A stretch of 64,000 nt of DNA, from NCBI GenBank assembly GCA_035221665.1, contig CM069131.1:128960001-129024000 (forward strand), read 5' to 3'. Made by a program: the position numbers and the translations under genes. How positions within the stretch are numbered: the stretch's first letter is position 1; every line of letters begins with the position of its first letter. The notes beneath the pieces were generated by a model, which saw only the letters and a list, made by a program, of their open reading frames with translations, searched no databases and had not been told where the DNA came from. The DNA comes from Okamejei kenojei. Lineage: Eukaryota. Shown piece after piece: positions 61,404 through 64,000 of the stretch.

Positions 61404-64000
61404 ATTTTACTTTGGAGTCACGCGAGTGATTCCGTGAAGAACCCCGTCCAGGCCGCATGCGCGTCAGTACGTCAGCCGCACTGGCGCAAGCACCAGACTG
61501 GCAAGGCAGCGCTCCTGCCAGTGGTAAGTTAAACCTAAAAGGTCAGTTCATTTTTACTTACCTGGGGTTTTTTTCAAGCAAGAGCCTCTCTTCACAGAGG
61601 TTTTCCTGCCAGTTTCACAGCCCGACGTGTGAATCGGTTATGGACTGTGGGGAAACCCCAGTCCGACTGCGGAAGCGGATAACCGGCAAAAGATCGGGTT
61701 GTGAGATAAGGAGCCACTGACAAGGCAGTCAGTGGTTTCCAGCCTGCGGGGATGCCATGGAACGGCAAGGAAATAACGGCAGAGTCGTTGACAGTGCGGA
61801 CAGCGGCTCACAGACGTCGGTCCCCAGGCAGGGAATAAAATTGGTGAGAAAGGACTCGTTCAGCCCTATTTGGACTCGGGTGAGTTGGGCTACAAGGGTT
61901 TTTCTCTTAATAATAAAGTTTAATGTATGTTATAGTGTTTTTCTTAAAGTTAAAAGTTAAAGGCAAAGTTAAAGTCATAAAAAGTTATTGTCATATGTCC
62001 CTGACAATGAAATTCTTCTTGTTTAGCACAAGTTGCTGTGAAGGGTTAAAAATTGCTTTAACCCTTCACAGGTAAAGCTGTACACTAAAAGGTTTTGATT
62101 TAGTGAGCCTACACTGTAATAGTGCGGGCCTATGGGACAGGCCGCGCCAGCAGCGCCTGGGATAGGGCTGCTTCATGTATAATAGTGCGGGCCTATGTGA
62201 CAGGCTGCGCCAACAGCGCCTGGGATAGGGCTGCTTCATGTGTAATAGCACGGGCCTATGGGACAGGCCACGCCAGCAGCACCTGACAGGGCTGCTTCAT
62301 GTATAAAAGCGCCGGCCTACAGGAGAGCCGCGCAAGCAGCGCCTGATACAGGGCTGTTTTATATGTGACAATGCCGGCCTACGGGAGAGCCGCGCTAGCA
62401 GCACCTTGTACAGGGCTGTTTCATGTCAAAAAGCGCCGGCCTCTACGAGAGGCGGCGCTGGCAACGCCTGGGACAGTGTTGCTCAAGTTCACACATAAGT
62501 CTGCCAAGCCCACGGAGTCAGGGGATGATTCCCCACCGGGGCTGGTTAGCAAGGACCACGGAGTCGGGGGATGATATCTCACTGGGGCCGGATAGTGCGT
62601 TTGAAACGACTATCCCAAATGCAGCAACTGTTGCATACCGTGCTACAGCAGGGCACACGCCAACAGGAGGAGTGTCAGCACCACCCTGATCAAAAAATCG
62701 GCAGCAGTATCTAGTAGAGAACTGTTTGATAGCACCTTCATAGATGAGGAGGCGCGAGCCATGGGTCATTTTAGCTCTGACACCGACTCTGATGGTAAGG
62801 TTGAGCCAGAAGTTCCATCTCTGCAGGCCGCACCAGCAGCTCCAGTTGACAGAGCTGCTACAGGTCTCCCTCTTGGAGGCAGAGACCAAGACGGGTCAGT
62901 ATCCTGCTGACCCTGAGTCTCAGGGTATGGCCATGGGGCATACACCAAGGGATGAAGGGCACGTGTCAGAGGTACCTTTTTTCCTGACAACAAAGTTGCC
63001 ATCCCAGCAGAATGTTCTATTCGGGTATAGATCCAATGGGTTCATATCAGTATAGGTATCCTGCGGCCTGCGGCAGCGCCTGTTTAGGGCTGCCTATGTA
63101 TATCGCCCTCTCTGAGGAGGGAAGAGCAAAAGGTCAAAATATAACTGACTCCAGGCTCTAAAGAAGTCAATAGAACATACTGAAGCACATATGTGCCAGC
63201 AGTGAACAGCGCCAACAGGGGGATGTGAGAGCCAGCCGCCGAATCTGTTATTCAGGTAGGTCTATTCAACAGCGGAAGAAAACCTGGCAGATGAATCAAT
63301 TAAGGACAACGACGGGCAAAGGTCATAGTTTCAGAATGCACCCCAGGCGCTCATCGGCAGTAGGCAGTTCACTGGAGCTGGGGGCAGCATGATAGCTCAG
63401 AAATTCCATGCACCTTACCAACCCTACTCAACAAAGTAGGTCTAGCACTTCCAAAACATGGGTAAGTGCACCGTTCAGAAGTTGTAATATTTACATTTGT
63501 TTGTACAACACACAAGTTAAGGTTTGGAAATTCGGGCCAAAGTTCTCATGCAAACCACCCATGAAATAAGGCAGGAGTGGCATGTTTATTATGAAAAATG
63601 GAGAGTGTCGGGCATATGAACTTTCCGAATATGAAAACGTATTTTCCTGACTAACAACAGATTCATAAGGGTCTCAAAGATCCATGCTATGCAATTCCCA
63701 TTACAGAGGTTATCAAAGACAATATAACTGTACTAATAACAGTAAAACATTGCAGAATGGGATAAACTGTTCGTTGGTCATTGGGATTTACCCTTAATTA
63801 TTGATTAGCCTATGACTCCGCCCTGTGGCAAGAGATTGGAGTTAATAGCAACCTGTTATAAAACTGACTTTTATTTCATCAAGAGTAATTGGCAATATAG
63901 TAGCTGTGTTCCAGCTAAGCAAATCAAGGAACTGATATTGTGCAAAGTAGCAACCTCTCAAAGGACATGTAGACCATTGTTAACAACCTTATGCTATTGT
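61404..64000 (+). mobile_element. Second DIRS-type element, 5' part, heavily decayed, running off the window
   Basis: Starts attttactttggagtcacgcgagtgattccgtgaagaacccc..gcatgcgcgtca, matching the terminus of the 3790-8592 element; KDPCYAIPI near 63680 resembles RT KDAYYSVP. Confidence 0.75.
62115..62476. repeat. About six copies of a 61-63 bp tandem repeat inside the second DIRS
   Basis: taatagtgcgggcctatgggacaggccgcgccagcagcgcctgggatagggctgcttcatg; units start near 62117, 62180, 62243, 62304, 62366 and 62427. Confidence 0.92.

Noticed and set aside
62115-62476. Regularly spaced repeats as a CRISPR-like array
   Set aside because: Units are contiguous with no unique spacers, there are no cas genes, and the context is a vertebrate retrotransposon

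Overview
This is eukaryotic, repeat-dense non-coding DNA. The HE1/V-SINE-like SINEs and the CR1, Rex-Babar and Penelope families point to a cartilaginous fish, probably a skate or ray (inference). I could not support any host protein-coding exon; every recognisable ORF belongs to a decayed transposable element. Main contents: (i) a nested stack at 1-8.8 kb, in which a Penelope host carries a GC-rich non-autonomous element (itself split by a 5'-truncated L1) and a near full-length DIRS1 tyrosine-recombinase retrotransposon with ITRs, ICR and a methyltransferase-like domain; (ii) about 10 short Penelope-tail insertions carrying a minimal hammerhead-ribozyme motif, several with clean 9-17 bp TSDs and two forming long palindromes; (iii) an internally deleted sushi-type Gypsy chromovirus with a 5-bp TSD and a Tf1-type self-priming PBS; (iv) three copies of a non-autonomous retroposon with conserved ends, divergent GC-rich cores and a CTCF-like head; (v) a second DIRS element with a 63-bp tandem array running off the right edge; (vi) many SINE, CR1 and Rex1 fragments, a 187-bp near-perfect local duplication and a 254-N gap. 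Coordinates were read by eye and may be off by a few bases; family names come from motif recognition, not database searches.
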